Shown: one piece after another, positions 13,939 through 26,628 of the stretch
Layout of the letters: each line of letters opens with the position of its first letter
Position numbering within the stretch: the first letter of the stretch is position 1
Source: Octopus vulgaris
Taxonomy: Eukaryota
Assembly: GCA_951406725.2 (NCBI GenBank)
Contig: OX597824.1
Coordinates: 23,436,001-23,500,000, forward strand
Length of the DNA: 64,000 bases
Direction: 5' to 3'
The notes under the pieces: model-generated
Database searches by the model: none
What the model was told of the DNA's origin: nothing
What the model saw: the letters and a program-made list of their open reading frames with translations, nothing else
Translations under genes and position numbers: made by a program

Positions 13939-14040
13939 CACTACAATTGCTAAGACCTACCTAGCATCGATTCCTGGCGGGTCGGTTACTGAGCATCTAA
14001 TTTAGGTGCATCCGTCGGTGTAGATGTGTCTCCTCAGGTG
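13939..14040 (-). ncRNA. Degenerate hammerhead ribozyme followed by AATAAA
   Basis: Minus strand: CAC-CTGAGGA-GAC...GTC-(TTAG in place of GAAA)-CAATTG-TA-GTG-acAAATAAA. Confidence 0.5.
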
Positions 14041-15270
14041 ATTTCAAGATGTATTTCGTTAAAATAAATACTGTTTCGTATGATAACTTCTTGGTCTGCG
14101 TACATATAAATGGCAAATTAACGTATACAACTTCATACTTATAGAATATCCGTAACAAATATCACATAAGAAAAGAAGCAAATACACAATACGGCGAATA
14201 AAGTATTAGATACAACTGTTGCTAGATAGGGGTGTACATATATATGTTTCAATAATATATTATCATTAATATTAGAAAGTCGATATCAAAACTCCTCAGA
14301 AAGATATGGACGTGTGAAAAATAATTGTATTAAAAATATATAAATAAATAAATATAAATATGTATAAAAATATATTTAAATATGTATAGGTATAAATATA
14401 TATTGCATATGACAGTTTAAAAGTTTTGAATTAATTATCTAAAGCATCTTGCGATCGTTTCACAGAAGAATTGTCCCTATAATGAAATCCTATATTGATA
14501 AACATTTATAGACAACGCTTCTACTCTTCAGAGATATAAAATTTAAATTCTGTATAACATATCGAATGGTAGTTTTGGATTTTTAAAATTTGAAGTAAAC
14601 TATAAAATGGTGTTTGTTAGATATGGGTGTATAAATACCTACACATACGTGGTCACGCGCACGTATCCTCCCTCGCTCGTACAAACGCACACGCACATAC
14701 CAGCACATACACGCATCTGTGGTATGACGCACATACGCTCGTACACTGAATTAAACAGGCATTAAAAAAGTCATCGGTTTTTACTTGCTAGTGGCATGAC
14801 TCCGCTTGGTAAGGAGTCATAGATTATGTGGTGCAGTTCACTGGATCTGGCTGGTTGTACAGTCATAAATACCGACATATATATGTATGTGTGTGTATAT
14901 ACATAATACATACATACATATATATATGTATATATGATTCACTCGTGCACTTGTGTATTAAATCGTATGAACTCATTTATACTGCGTTCATCAAAGGCAC
15001 GAAAGGCGTTCCGAAATGTCTATATATGTATGAATGTATGTATGTATGTATGTATGTATGTATGTATACACACACGCACACACATATATATACACAAACA
15101 TATATACACGCGCACACACGCACACATACTGAAATTGTTATGGACCTTTAGATGATAACTGATGAGGATTTATTCACTTTCTGCGTGTATATATATATAT
15201 ATATATACATACATACATATACACATGTATACATATATTCATATTGTATATATATTTACATATATGTTTG

Positions 15271-15321
<51 letters not shown>

Positions 15322-15334
15322 ATAATGTAATATA

Positions 15335-15492
<158 letters not shown>

Positions 15493-15567
15493 GATATATA
15501 ATATTTATTAAAGTTTGAAAAGGTCTTCAGTTTCACATGATCATTCGTCAGACAGTTGGGATAATCA

Positions 15568-15657
<90 letters not shown>

Positions 15658-16014
15658 CGTATGTATGTATGTATGTATGTATGTATGTATGTATGTACGC
15701 ATGTATATATGCATGTATGTATGTATGTACGCATGTATATATGCATGCATGTATGTATGTATGTATGTATGTATGTATGTATGTATGTATGAATAAATAG
15801 TCACGGACAAGAACCTGTAAATGGGCAGTTGACCGTGTTAGAGATATGGCCTTTGGGCCGTCCAGACGTCCAAAAGCCTCGTAAGTGGATTTGGCAGACG
15901 GAAACTAAAAGAAGCCCGACACGTGTGGGTGCGGATATGTGTGTGTGTGTTTGCCTGTGCGTGCATATATATATATATATATATATACAGAGAGAGAGAG
16001 AGAGAGAGAGAGAT

Positions 16015-16073
<59 letters not shown>

Positions 16074-16886
16074 GTAGGTAGGTATACATATTCACATATG
16101 CATATGTATACAAACATATACATAGATACATTACTTGCACATCTCTCTCTCTCTGTATATATATATATATACATATAGATAGATAGATAGATAGATAGAT
16201 AGATTGATAGATATGTATATAATGTGTATACATATATATATATATATATTATATATATATATGTAAAACGTATGTGTCCCCCTTTCTGTATAATAATACA
16301 GGGCGGAGTGCGCAGTAACCTATACAAATAACTGTGCCTTCATAACTCTGTACTTGTATGTCTTTGCCTAAGCTGTGTATACGCATCTGTGCATGCTTGT
16401 ATGTGTATGTGTGTATGCAGGTTCCATGCGTATGTGCGCGCGCGTGTGTGTGCGTTGCGTGCGCGTAAGGAAATGAGGTGACGTGTAAATCTGTTATGTC
16501 GGCCGACGTTCGTACTGACGCAGACAAATATTTAGGTCTGTGTGACAGTCTGCGTGTGTAGCTGTGGCCGTGTGAGAACGTGTCTGCGCTTATTGCTTAC
16601 TAAAGTGTGTACGTATAACGATCCTGTGTTTTACAATCGTGTACGAATGTGCGAGTGCGCGCGCGCGCTCTTCTCTCTGTGTCTCTGTGTGTGTTTTTGT
16701 GTGTGTGTGTGTGTTTTTATTGATTGTGTTTAAGACAATGAATGCAAATGAGGTTGTGTGTATTGTGAGTTTCGTATAAGGGTTTGGGAAATGAAATGTA
16801 CGCAGGTGTGTGTATGTAAGGGTGTTTATATATGCATGTGTGTGTCTGTGTGTGTGTGTGTGTGTGTATGTGTGTGTGTGCGTGTG

Positions 16887-17274
16887 CAGATGTGTATCTG
16901 TGTGTGTGAAATGGATGTGTGTGTGTCTTTGTATATTACTGTGTGTGCCTAAGATGTGTATATGTGTGTGTGAAATGGATGTGTGTGTGTCTTTGTATAT
17001 TACTGTGTGTGCCTAAGATGTGTATATGTGTGTGTGAAATGGATGTGTGTGTGTCTTTGTATATTACTGTGTGTGCCTAAGATGTGTATATGTGTGTGTG
17101 AAATGGATGTGTGTGTGTCTTTGTATATTACTGTGTGTGCCTAAGATGTGTATATGTGTGTGTGAAATGGATGTGTGTGTGTCTTTGTATATTACTGTGT
17201 GTGCCTAAGATGTGTATATGTGTGTGTGAAATGGATGTGTGTGTGTCTTTGTATATTACTGTGTGTGCCTAAGA
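16887..17274 (+). repeat. 64-bp minisatellite, ~6 near-identical copies
   Basis: aagat recurs at 16951, 17015, 17079, 17143, 17207 and 17271. Confidence 0.95.
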
Positions 17275-17537
17275 TAGTGCCTTTATGTGTGAGCGTGTGT
17301 TTGTGTGTGTGTGTGTGCGTATGCATGTGTATATATGTGTGTGTGTGAAATGGATGTGTGTGTGTCAATGTATATTACTGTGTTTGTATGATAGTAATAT
17401 GTGTGTGTAAGATAGTGCCTTTATGTGTGAGCGTGTATGTATGTGTGTGTGTGCGTGTGCATGTGTATATGTGTGTGTGAAATGGATATGTGTGTGTATG
17501 ATAGTAATGTGTGCGTAAGATAGTGTCTTTATGTGTG

Positions 17538-17571
<34 letters not shown>

Positions 17572-18201
17572 CGTGTGTGTGTGTGTGTGTGTGTATTTAT
17601 GTATGTATGTATGTGTGTGTGTGTGCGTGTATGTGTGTGTGTGTGTGTCAATGTTTATTAATGTGTTTGTTTCATGGTGATATGTGTGTAAAATTGTGCA
17701 TTTATGTGTGAGTGTGTATGTATTTATGTATGTATATGTGTGTATATGTGCGTGTTTGTGTGTGTGTGTCACATGGATCTGTGCGTCAACGTATTTTAAA
17801 TTGTAAGATAGTGTATTTATGGGTGTGTGTGTGTGTAACGGGCTTAAGCGTGTCTGTGTGTTGGTATGAGTATATGTGTGTGTGTATTTGTTTGTCTATG
17901 AATATCCATATGTGCGTTTGTGTTATTATGTGTGTGTGTGATACGGCGTTATGAGTGTGGCTGTGCATATCTTTATGTGCATACATGTACACGTGTATAT
18001 GTGTGTATGAGTATGTGTGTGTGTGTGTACGTGTGTTTGACTTTGCGTGTATGTTTGTATTTATATCTTCGCCTATATGTGTGTATGCGCTTATATGTGT
18101 GTATGTATGTGCATATTTGTGTGTATGTGTGTTTGCACGTGTGTTGGTGTACGTTTGTGCTTGTGCGTGCATCTGCATGTCTTTATACGTGAGTGTGTGT
18201 C

Positions 18202-18234
<33 letters not shown>

Positions 18235-18239
<5 letters not shown>

Positions 18240-18583
18240 TGTGATTATGTGTGTATATGCGTGTATAAGTGTTCGTGTATAAACGTGCATGTGTATGTAT
18301 TCACGTGTGTATACGCACGCACGTGTTTCTATGCGTTTATAAATGTCTATGTGTGAACATACATGTGTATGCACTTATGTATGTGTATATATATGTGTGT
18401 GTGTGTCTCTGTGTGTGATTATGTGTGTATATATATGCGTGTATAAGTGTTCGTGTGTGAACGTGCATGTGTATGTATTCACGTGTGTGTACGCACGCAC
18501 GTGTTTCTATGCGTCTATAAATGTCTATGTGTGAACATACATGTGTATGCACTTATGTATGTGTATATATGTGTGTGTGTGTG

Positions 18584-18590
<7 letters not shown>
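18235..18590 (+). repeat. 178-bp tandem duplication in TG-rich sequence
   Basis: atgtctatgtgtgaacatac at 18343 and 18521. Confidence 0.85.
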
Positions 18591-18621
<31 letters not shown>

Positions 18622-18853
18622 GTCTGTTACTGTCTCTATGTCTGCTGAACTTGGTTCTTGGTTTTTGCACTCAGACAGACAGAACTGTAACTTAATAATA
18701 TTGCGTATGTATATGCACATAGCTGTGACACTCATTGTTTCTCTACGTGTATATCTTCGTGCATATCTATATATGTATATATATATATATGTGTGATCTG
18801 CGAAAGTGTGCGTGTAACATTTTAAGTACGTATAACAGTGTGTGATTGTATGT

Positions 18854-18891
<38 letters not shown>

Positions 18892-19081
18892 CGTGTTCAC
18901 TGTAGGTGTCTGCGTTTATTTCGACGGCGGTGTATTTAATGAACCGTTAAGTCACGCTTATTGATACAATGCCGGTTTTAAAACGCAAACATACCCTTAG
19001 ATTCGGATATGGACAACCGCAAAGATATAGTATAGATGTGTTCATAGATGTATACATGAAATCATACATATGTATAGATTC

Positions 19082-19176
<95 letters not shown>

Positions 19177-19225
19177 TATATTTGTGTATATGTATATATG
19201 TATATATATATGTATATATACATAT

Positions 19226-19260
<35 letters not shown>

Positions 19261-19269
19261 CATATATAT

Positions 19270-19355
<86 letters not shown>

Positions 19356-19360
19356 ATATG

Positions 19361-19413
<53 letters not shown>

Positions 19414-19927
19414 ACGTTGATACATACACACGCAACGTTTTAATTTTCATCTTTTTCTTCTTTTCTCATTCTACTTTGCATATTTGAGTCTGAAGGATTG
19501 CTTCGAAGCACACGACGACATGCTACAGAAGCTTGTCACATTATTGTGTTTTCACAGCATGAAACTAATACTAGCTCGAATTTAAATGAGTGTATGTGTG
19601 TATGTGTGTGTGTGTGTGTGCGTGTGTGTATAAAGGCGCAGGTGTGGCACATGGTTCCAGGTTCAGTCCCACTACATGTGGTAACTTGGGATGGTGTCTT
19701 CTACTATAGCATCGGACTGACCAACGTCCTGTAAGTGGATATGGTTGGCAGAAACTGATTTCTGAACTTACAAGATACTAGAAACTTATATGTATACCAT
19801 TCTGCCTAAATAATGGATCTACAAATGCAATATCCCTGCATATCTCACGTCTATTTTCATGCCTTCACTTCACTCTCTATTTCATTTCTTACCTAAAATA
19901 AGTATGGTTTAACCATTTTCTCACATC

Positions 19928-19975
19928 GTTTCCGATGAAGGGATATATAAAATATCCCGGAAACAGCTGTAAGAC
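19928..19975 (+). ncRNA. Minimal hammerhead ribozyme, CCGAUGA core variant (in ~270-bp repeat 19755-20022)
   Basis: GTTT-CCGATGA-A-GGGATAT ataaa ATATCCC-G-GAAA-CAGCTG-TA-AGAC. Confidence 0.7.
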
Positions 19976-20044
19976 ATATTTATAAATAATGTTCTAAAAT
20001 CTTTCACAGCCTTGGATTTGCAACATATATATATATAGATATAT

Positions 20045-20094
20045 AGAGCACAGGCTACTAATCCCAAGATTCCAAGTTCGATTCTAGGTAGTGA

Positions 20095-20174
<80 letters not shown>

Positions 20175-20300
20175 TCTTAGGAATGAGAACCCAGGTTTGA
20201 AATTTCCCCAAGACACCTGATGTGGGGAAAGCTGGAGGGTATATGAGCCGAAACGTGTTAACAACAAACAAGATGAGGATAAATATCCGTTAAATGTATA
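20045..20300 (+). mobile_element. 5'-truncated tRNA-like head + (AAT)n + hammerhead-like tail
   Basis: B-box GTTCGATTC at 20076, (AAT)n at 20099-20173, then ACAC-CTGATG...GCT...AGCC-GAAA-C-GTGT at 20213-20258. Confidence 0.55.
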
Positions 20301-20306
20301 CATATA

Positions 20307-20708
20307 TACTCTTTTACTCTCTTTTAGTTGTTTCAGTCATTTGACTGCGGCCATGCTGGAGCACCGCCTTTAGTCGAGTAAATCGACCCCAGGACTTATT
20401 CTTTGTAAGCCCAGTACTTATTCTATCGGTCTCTTTTGCCGAACCGCTAAGTGACGGGGACGTAAACACACCAGCATCGGTTGTCAAGCAATGCTAGAGG
20501 GACAAACACAGACACACAAACACACACACACACATATATATACATATATACGACAGGCTTCTTTCAGTTTCCGTCTACCAAATCCACTCACAAGGAATTG
20601 GTCGGCCCAGGGCTATAGCAGAAGACACTTGCCCAAGATGCCACGCAGTGGGACTGAACCCGCAACCATGTGGTTGGTTAGCAAGCTACTTACCACACAG
20701 CCACTCCT
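20307..20708 (-). mobile_element. SINE family A, full length
   Basis: Close match to the other family A copies. Confidence 0.9.
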
Positions 20709-20744
20709 ATATATGTATATATATATATATATTCATATACATCT

Positions 20745-20975
20745 ATGTATGTTTGTGTGCTTTTGTGCCTGTGTCTGTCCCCACCCTCAGCACTTGACGA
20801 CCTCTGTTGGTGTGTTTACGACCCAGTAATCTAGCGGTTTTACAAAAGAGGCCAATAGAGTAATATCCAGGCTAAAAAAAATGTAGTGGGGTCAATTCGT
20901 TCGACTACAGTTCTTCCAGCCGGTGCCCCAGCATGGCCGCAGTCTAAATGATTAAAAGCACCAAAAGATAAAAGA
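20745..20975 (+). mobile_element. SINE family A, diverged 3' half
   Basis: ggtgtgtttacg...gccccagcatggccgcagtctaaatgatt. Confidence 0.75.
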
Positions 20976-21303
20976 TATCCGCACGAGCGCGTGTATGCGT
21001 GTGCGTGTATAGAAAGTGTCATCACTTAGTTTTAAGGCATGCGTATGTACTAATGATTAAACATTTATCATTTCCGGCCATTTAATTGTTTACTTTTCAA
21101 AACTGTTTATAAAATGGAGAGACGTTCTCACTCTTCTAAAGGTCGGAAGTTTAAACACTCTAAAAAATTCATTAGCCTTTTCTAATTATTGACATTATTA
21201 AGAATGGTACAGTAATTAATGCCATTTCAAACTATTTTAATTTTGAAATTTGATTATTATGCTATATTTTGGTTGTTTTAATGTTTATATTTGATTTTAA
21301 TTA

Positions 21304-21491
21304 GGCGCAAGAGTGGCTGTGTGGTAAGTAGCTTGCTTACGAACCACATGGTTTCGGGTTCAGTCCCACTGCGTGGCATCTTGGGCAAGTGTCTTCTGCT
21401 ATAGCCCCGGGCTGACCAATGCCGTATGAGTGGATTTGGTAGACGGAAACTGAAAGAAGCCTGTCGTATATGTATATATATACATATATGT

Positions 21492-21528
<37 letters not shown>

Positions 21529-21716
21529 TGTGTGTCTGTGTTTCTGCCCCTAGCATTGCTTGACAACCGATGCTGGTGTGTTTACGTCCCCGTAAATTAG
21601 CGGTTCGGCAAAAGAGACCGATAGAATAAGTACTGGGCTTACAAAGAATAAGGCGGTGCTCCAGCATGGCCGCAGTCAAATGACTGAAACAAGTAAAAGA
21701 GTAAAAGAGTAAAGAG
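21304..21716 (+). mobile_element. SINE family A, full length with internal deletion
   Basis: ggcgcaagagtggctgtgtgg ... (gtaaaaga)n tail. Confidence 0.9.
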
Positions 21717-21869
21717 ATGAGATAGTGTTGTGATGGCCGAGTGGTTCAAGAGCTCGCGATGCAACCACCAGTGTTCGGTTTCAGTTCTATTACACCGTTC
21801 CTATTCACTTTAAATTAGCTCTTTCCTTTCCCAACTCATATCCCCTTTAACGTCATTATAATTGTTGTT

Positions 21870-22070
21870 TGGCAGAACCGTTAGCACGCCGGGCAAAATG
21901 CTTAGCAGCATTTCGTCAGTCTTTACTTTCTGAGTTCAAATTCCGCCGTGGCCGACTTTGCCTTTCATCCGCTCGGAGTCGATAAAATAAGTACCAGTTG
22001 CTCACTAGGGTCGGCATAATCAACTTTCCCTCCCCAAGAAACTATCGACCTTGTGCCAAAATTGCAACCA
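21870..22070 (+). mobile_element. SINE family B
   Basis: ggcagaaccgttagcacgccgggc...gactttgcctttcatcc...gataaaataagtaccag. Confidence 0.85.
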
Positions 22071-22085
22071 TTCTTCTTATTATTA

Positions 22086-22240
22086 TTATTACTTCTGCCT
22101 TAGCGAAGGCGGATGTATTGTTTTCAGTCGTGTTTGTTTTTTTTGTCCCTGGACAAGATATCTCAAGAACCGCTTGATGGATTCGGATAAAACTTTCAGG
22201 GAAGTTTAGCCTCGTTACTGGCACGAACTGATTATTTAAT
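22086..22240 (+). mobile_element. Helentron/DINE-like (HINE) non-autonomous element end
   Basis: ttattacttctgccttagcgaaggcggatgta hairpin, then a gtttgt tract and caagatatctcaagaac; this layout is typical of HINEs. Confidence 0.55.
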
Positions 22241-22700
22241 TTCTCAACGGTTTTGCTGCCGTTTGTTTATGTAGTTTGATTTCTTTATCTATCAGTTTCT
22301 ACTAAGAAAAGAGACGCGAGTAAAATTAAGAGAAACGAAAATAACACTTTGGAAACAGCCTAAAGGGAGATAATTGAGAAAGACTTGAAAGTGAACGTAA
22401 GATGGTATACATATAAGATTCCAATACCTTTTCAGTAAAATCCAATTGTATTAAAATTGGTCATAAAACCCTTGATTCAATAGCACTGTGTACAAACTTT
22501 ATACTTGGAATGAACAATTTTAGATACTATTAGAGTTTACTCACTAGGTATTGGAATCTTACATGCATACAATTCTGCTTAAATAATGGATCTACAAATG
22601 CAATATCCCTGCATATCTTGCATCTATTTTCATTCCTCCACTTCACTCTCTATTTCGTATCTTATCTAAATTAACTATTGCTTAACCATCTTCTCACACC

Positions 22701-22748
22701 GTCTCCGATGAAGGGATATATAAAATATCCCGGAAACAGCTGTAAGAC
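22701..22748 (+). ncRNA. Minimal hammerhead ribozyme, CCGAUGA core variant (in repeat 22510-22792)
   Basis: GTCT-CCGATGA-A-GGGATAT ataaa ATATCCC-G-GAAA-CAGCTG-TA-AGAC; perfect stem I and palindromic stem III. Confidence 0.75.
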
Positions 22749-23159
22749 ATTCTATTTATAAATGTTCTGAAATCTTTCACAGCCTTGGATTTTTTTTTAT
22801 TGTTAGCCGAATACCTTAACCAATAAGCTACACATACACTTATATGTATCTATGGAAGCATGAGTGTATGTATGCCTGCATTTATGTATGTTTGCATATT
22901 TGTCTGTATGCCTGTATGCATATATGTATGTATGCATATATGTATGTATGCATGTACGTATGCATGAATGTATGTATATATGCATGCAATATAAGTATGC
23001 ACGTATTCATGTATGTATGCATATTTGTATGTATGTATGAATACATGTATGTATATATGCATGTAATGTATGTATGCATGTATGTATGTATATATGCATG
23101 TAATGTATGTATGCAAGTATGTATGTATGCAAGCATACATGTATGTATGTGTGTATGTA

Positions 23160-23850
23160 TGTATGCATATGTGTATGTATATATGTGTGTGCGCATGTAT
23201 GTATTTATGTTCATATATGTATGCATGCATACATGTATGTATGTATGTATGTATGTATGCATATGTGTATGTATATATGTGTGTGCGCATGTATGTATTT
23301 ATGTTCATATATGTATGCATGCATACATGTATGTATGTATGTATGTATGTATGTATGTATGTATGCATATGTATGTATATATGTGTGTGCGCATGTATGT
23401 ATTTATGTTCATATATGTATGCATGCATACATGTATGTATGTATGTATGTATGCATATGTGTATGTATATATGTGTGCGCATGTATGTATTTATGTTCAT
23501 ATATGTATGCATGCATACATGTATGTATGTATGTATGTATGCATATGTGTATGTATATATATGTGTGCGCATGTATGTATTTATGTTCATATATGTATGC
23601 ATGCATACATGTATGTATGTATGTATGTATGCATATGTGTATGTATATATGTGTGTGCGCATGTATGTATTTATGTTCATATATGTATGCATGCATACAT
23701 GTATGTATGTATGTATGCATATGTGTATGTATATATGTGTGTGCGCATGTATGTATTTATGTTCATATATGTATGCATGCATACATGTATGTATGTATGT
23801 ATGCATATGTGTATGTATATATGTGTGCGCGCATGTATGTATTTATGTTC

Positions 23851-23880
<30 letters not shown>
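23160..23880 (+). repeat. ~90-bp minisatellite built on (TATG)n, ~8 copies
   Basis: gcgcatgtatgtatttatgttcata at ~23191, 23285, 23389, 23477, 23567, 23657, 23743 and 23829. Confidence 0.9.
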
Positions 23881-23881
<1 letters not shown>

Positions 23882-24319
23882 CAAGCATGTATGTATGTAT
23901 GTATGTATGTATGTATGTATGTATGTATGTATGTATGTATGTATATGTATGTAATTACAGTCCTGAGGGTTGATTGGTTTCGACTCGGTGCCCCAGCATC
24001 GCCGCATTCCAATGACTGCGTCAAGTAAAAGATAAAATGATAAAATACAATGTTTTTGTCTGTGTGTGTGTGTGTGTATATGGGGTGGTGTCATTGTCCT
24101 TGAGTCTACCTTAAAGGTTAACACCCTTGATGTTTAGACGTCTGCAGTTATAGGCTATTGTTTAGACATATATAACCTGTTTGAATGTCTATATAAACAT
24201 AAGAGACAGAGACCTGGCTATCGCGTCATTTCATTAGTAAGAGCGTGACAAGGAAAAAACGTGCATGCACACAGGCAGACCTATACGTGTCTGTCAGCTT
24301 GCCTGCCTGCCTGCCTGCC

Positions 24320-24394
<75 letters not shown>

Positions 24395-24501
24395 CTCTCT
24401 CTCTCTCTCTCTCTCCCTATATATATATATATATACACACACACACATGCATATATATATATACACATGCATATATATACGTGTATATATATATATATAT
24501 G

Positions 24502-24897
24502 TCTTTATATAAAAAACTGTAGTTGTGTGAGTGTCTGTCCCCTTCGATTTAGATTCGTAACTACTCCCACATTTTGCGATGCAGTTTAACCAAAACCGGG
24601 TATCTTATAGTCGTGATTCATATCAAGCCCTTCTGGGTATTAGCGCGCGTCTACGATGAGTCTACGATTTTAAAAATAATTTACCATAATTTTTTCCCAT
24701 TTTAACGCATATTTTTTAAATAAAGGGAAGTAACTCTCTAAAAATGTCTACGATGAGTCAACGATTTAAAAAAAAAATTACCATAATTGCTTTTCCATTT
24801 TTAATGCATTTTTTGCTATTTTATGGCTATAACTCTCTAAAAATGCTTTATAGTTATTTCCCTTACAAACCCGAGCAACGCCGGGCGATACTGCTAG
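24502..24897 (+). mobile_element. Non-autonomous Helitron
   Basis: 5' TCtttatataaaa; 3' hairpin cccgagcaacgccggg, then CTAG|T. Confidence 0.85.
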
Positions 24898-24917
24898 TAT
24901 AAGAATAAATATATACA

Positions 24918-25109
24918 TGGCTGCGTGGTAAGAGGCTTGCTTTCCAAACACATGGTTCCGAGTTCACCACAGCGTGGCACTCTGGGCAAGTGTCTTCTAC
25001 TATAGCCTCGGGCCTTGTGAGTGGATTTGGTAGACGGAAACTGAAAGAAGCCCGTCGTATATATCTATATTTATACACACACACATACACACACACACAA
25101 AGTAACGCC

Positions 25110-25152
<43 letters not shown>

Positions 25153-25434
25153 GTTACCTTCGAAACGCGGAGTAGTTGAAACAGGGACAACTGATGAAGG
25201 TAATGTTCTTTATGTTGCACGTCACGTTTCTCTGTTTGCTTTTTCTTTGTTCGAAAAAAGTTCGTTTTTCAATGTTTTTGTTTTAATGTTTTCGTTTCTC
25301 ATTGTGTCAACGTTTTTGTGATGTCTGTACCCATATATGCATGTATATATACACATATATATATATATATATATATATAGGTATATACATATATGTATGT
25401 ATATATATATATATGCATATATTTATATATTATA

Positions 25435-25519
<85 letters not shown>

Positions 25520-25755
25520 GTATATATATATGTATATATATATATACATATATATCACTTGACACCGATGTTGGTGAGCTTAAGCCCCCCGTAACATAGC
25601 GGTTCGGCAAAAAAGACCGTAGCAATCTTTATATCCAACTTAAGAAGCTTGTTTTACAAAGACTTACAAAGAATAATTCCTGGGGTCGATTTGTTCGACT
25701 AAAGGTGGTGCTCCAGCATGGCCGCAGTCAAATGAATGAAACACGTAAAGAAATA
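24918..25755 (+). mobile_element. SINE family A split by insertions (head 24918-25060, tail 25557-25755)
   Basis: 5' and 3' halves flank a hammerhead-like repeat and (TA)n. Confidence 0.7.
25151..25206 (+). ncRNA. Candidate circularly permuted (type II topology) hammerhead
   Basis: ACGTTACCT-TC-GAAA-CGCGGA-GTA-G-TTG aaacaggga CAA-CTGATGA-AGGTAATGT; the outer 9 nt pair as an open stem II. Confidence 0.45.
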
Positions 25756-26218
25756 GAAGAAAAAAATTATATATATATGAATGTATACAAATATATCTTT
25801 GTACGCGTGTGTGTGTGTGTACATATATACATATGCATATATTGCTATATATGTATAATATGATAGCCTGGATGTGTGATAAGAATTTTGCTTTCCAACA
25901 ACATGGGACCGGGTCCAGCCAGACATACGTATGTGGTTGGTGGTGGTGGTGGGAACTTTTTGTCAAAACTTCTGGAAGAAGCATAGAATACTTCCATACA
26001 CAAAGTTTATATAGCAAAGAAAGCAAAAGAATATAGCGAGGGAATCAGTATCAAAACCGAATAGCAATCTTTATATCCAACTTAACGAGTATCTCTTGTT
26101 TGAATGCTGAATACTGTTGTATTTGCCTTGAGAGGTCCTCTCATATAGACGCATGGTTTTAAGAGCACAGGTATATATCGTTAGCAGAGGAGAACCGTCA
26201 GGGGTAAGCGCTGGAGTT

Positions 26219-26260
26219 GCCAGATCACGTGATTTCAGCGTACTGCGTTTCCTCAGTGAC
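26219..26260 (-). ncRNA. Minimal type I hammerhead ribozyme
   Basis: Minus strand: GTCA-CTGAGGA-AACG cagta CGCT-GAAA-TCACGTGA-TC-TGGC; 10-nt palindromic stem III ATCACGTGAT, AUC triplet. Confidence 0.7.
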
Positions 26261-26628
26261 AGGAGTCCAGTCGTTGCGTGAACGGAAAGAGAAGACAGCA
26301 CTATTATATAAACAAAATACAAGAACTATCTTGGACTGTGCTGGTCCTGTCCGGATCGCCCAGACTCTTCATGTCTAAAACGAATTAAATTACAAAATTC
26401 ATAAAACAGCGGAATATGCATCGCAACATTTTGTATTCAGATTAAAACTGAAAATACACAAACATGACCTTGTGATTAAGAAGCTTGCTTTACAGCCTGA
26501 TGCTTTTGGAATGGGTTTCAACACATGGAACCTTGGGCAAGTTTTTCCACTATAGTCTCGAGCCGATCAATTCCTTGTGAGTAAATTTGGTTGACAAAAT
26601 CCGTGAAGAAGCTAGTTGCATACATATA

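Noticed and set aside
22844-24028. 394-aa ORF and overlapping long ORFs
   Set aside because: Translation of a (TATG)n-based minisatellite, open in several frames; no protein-like complexity.
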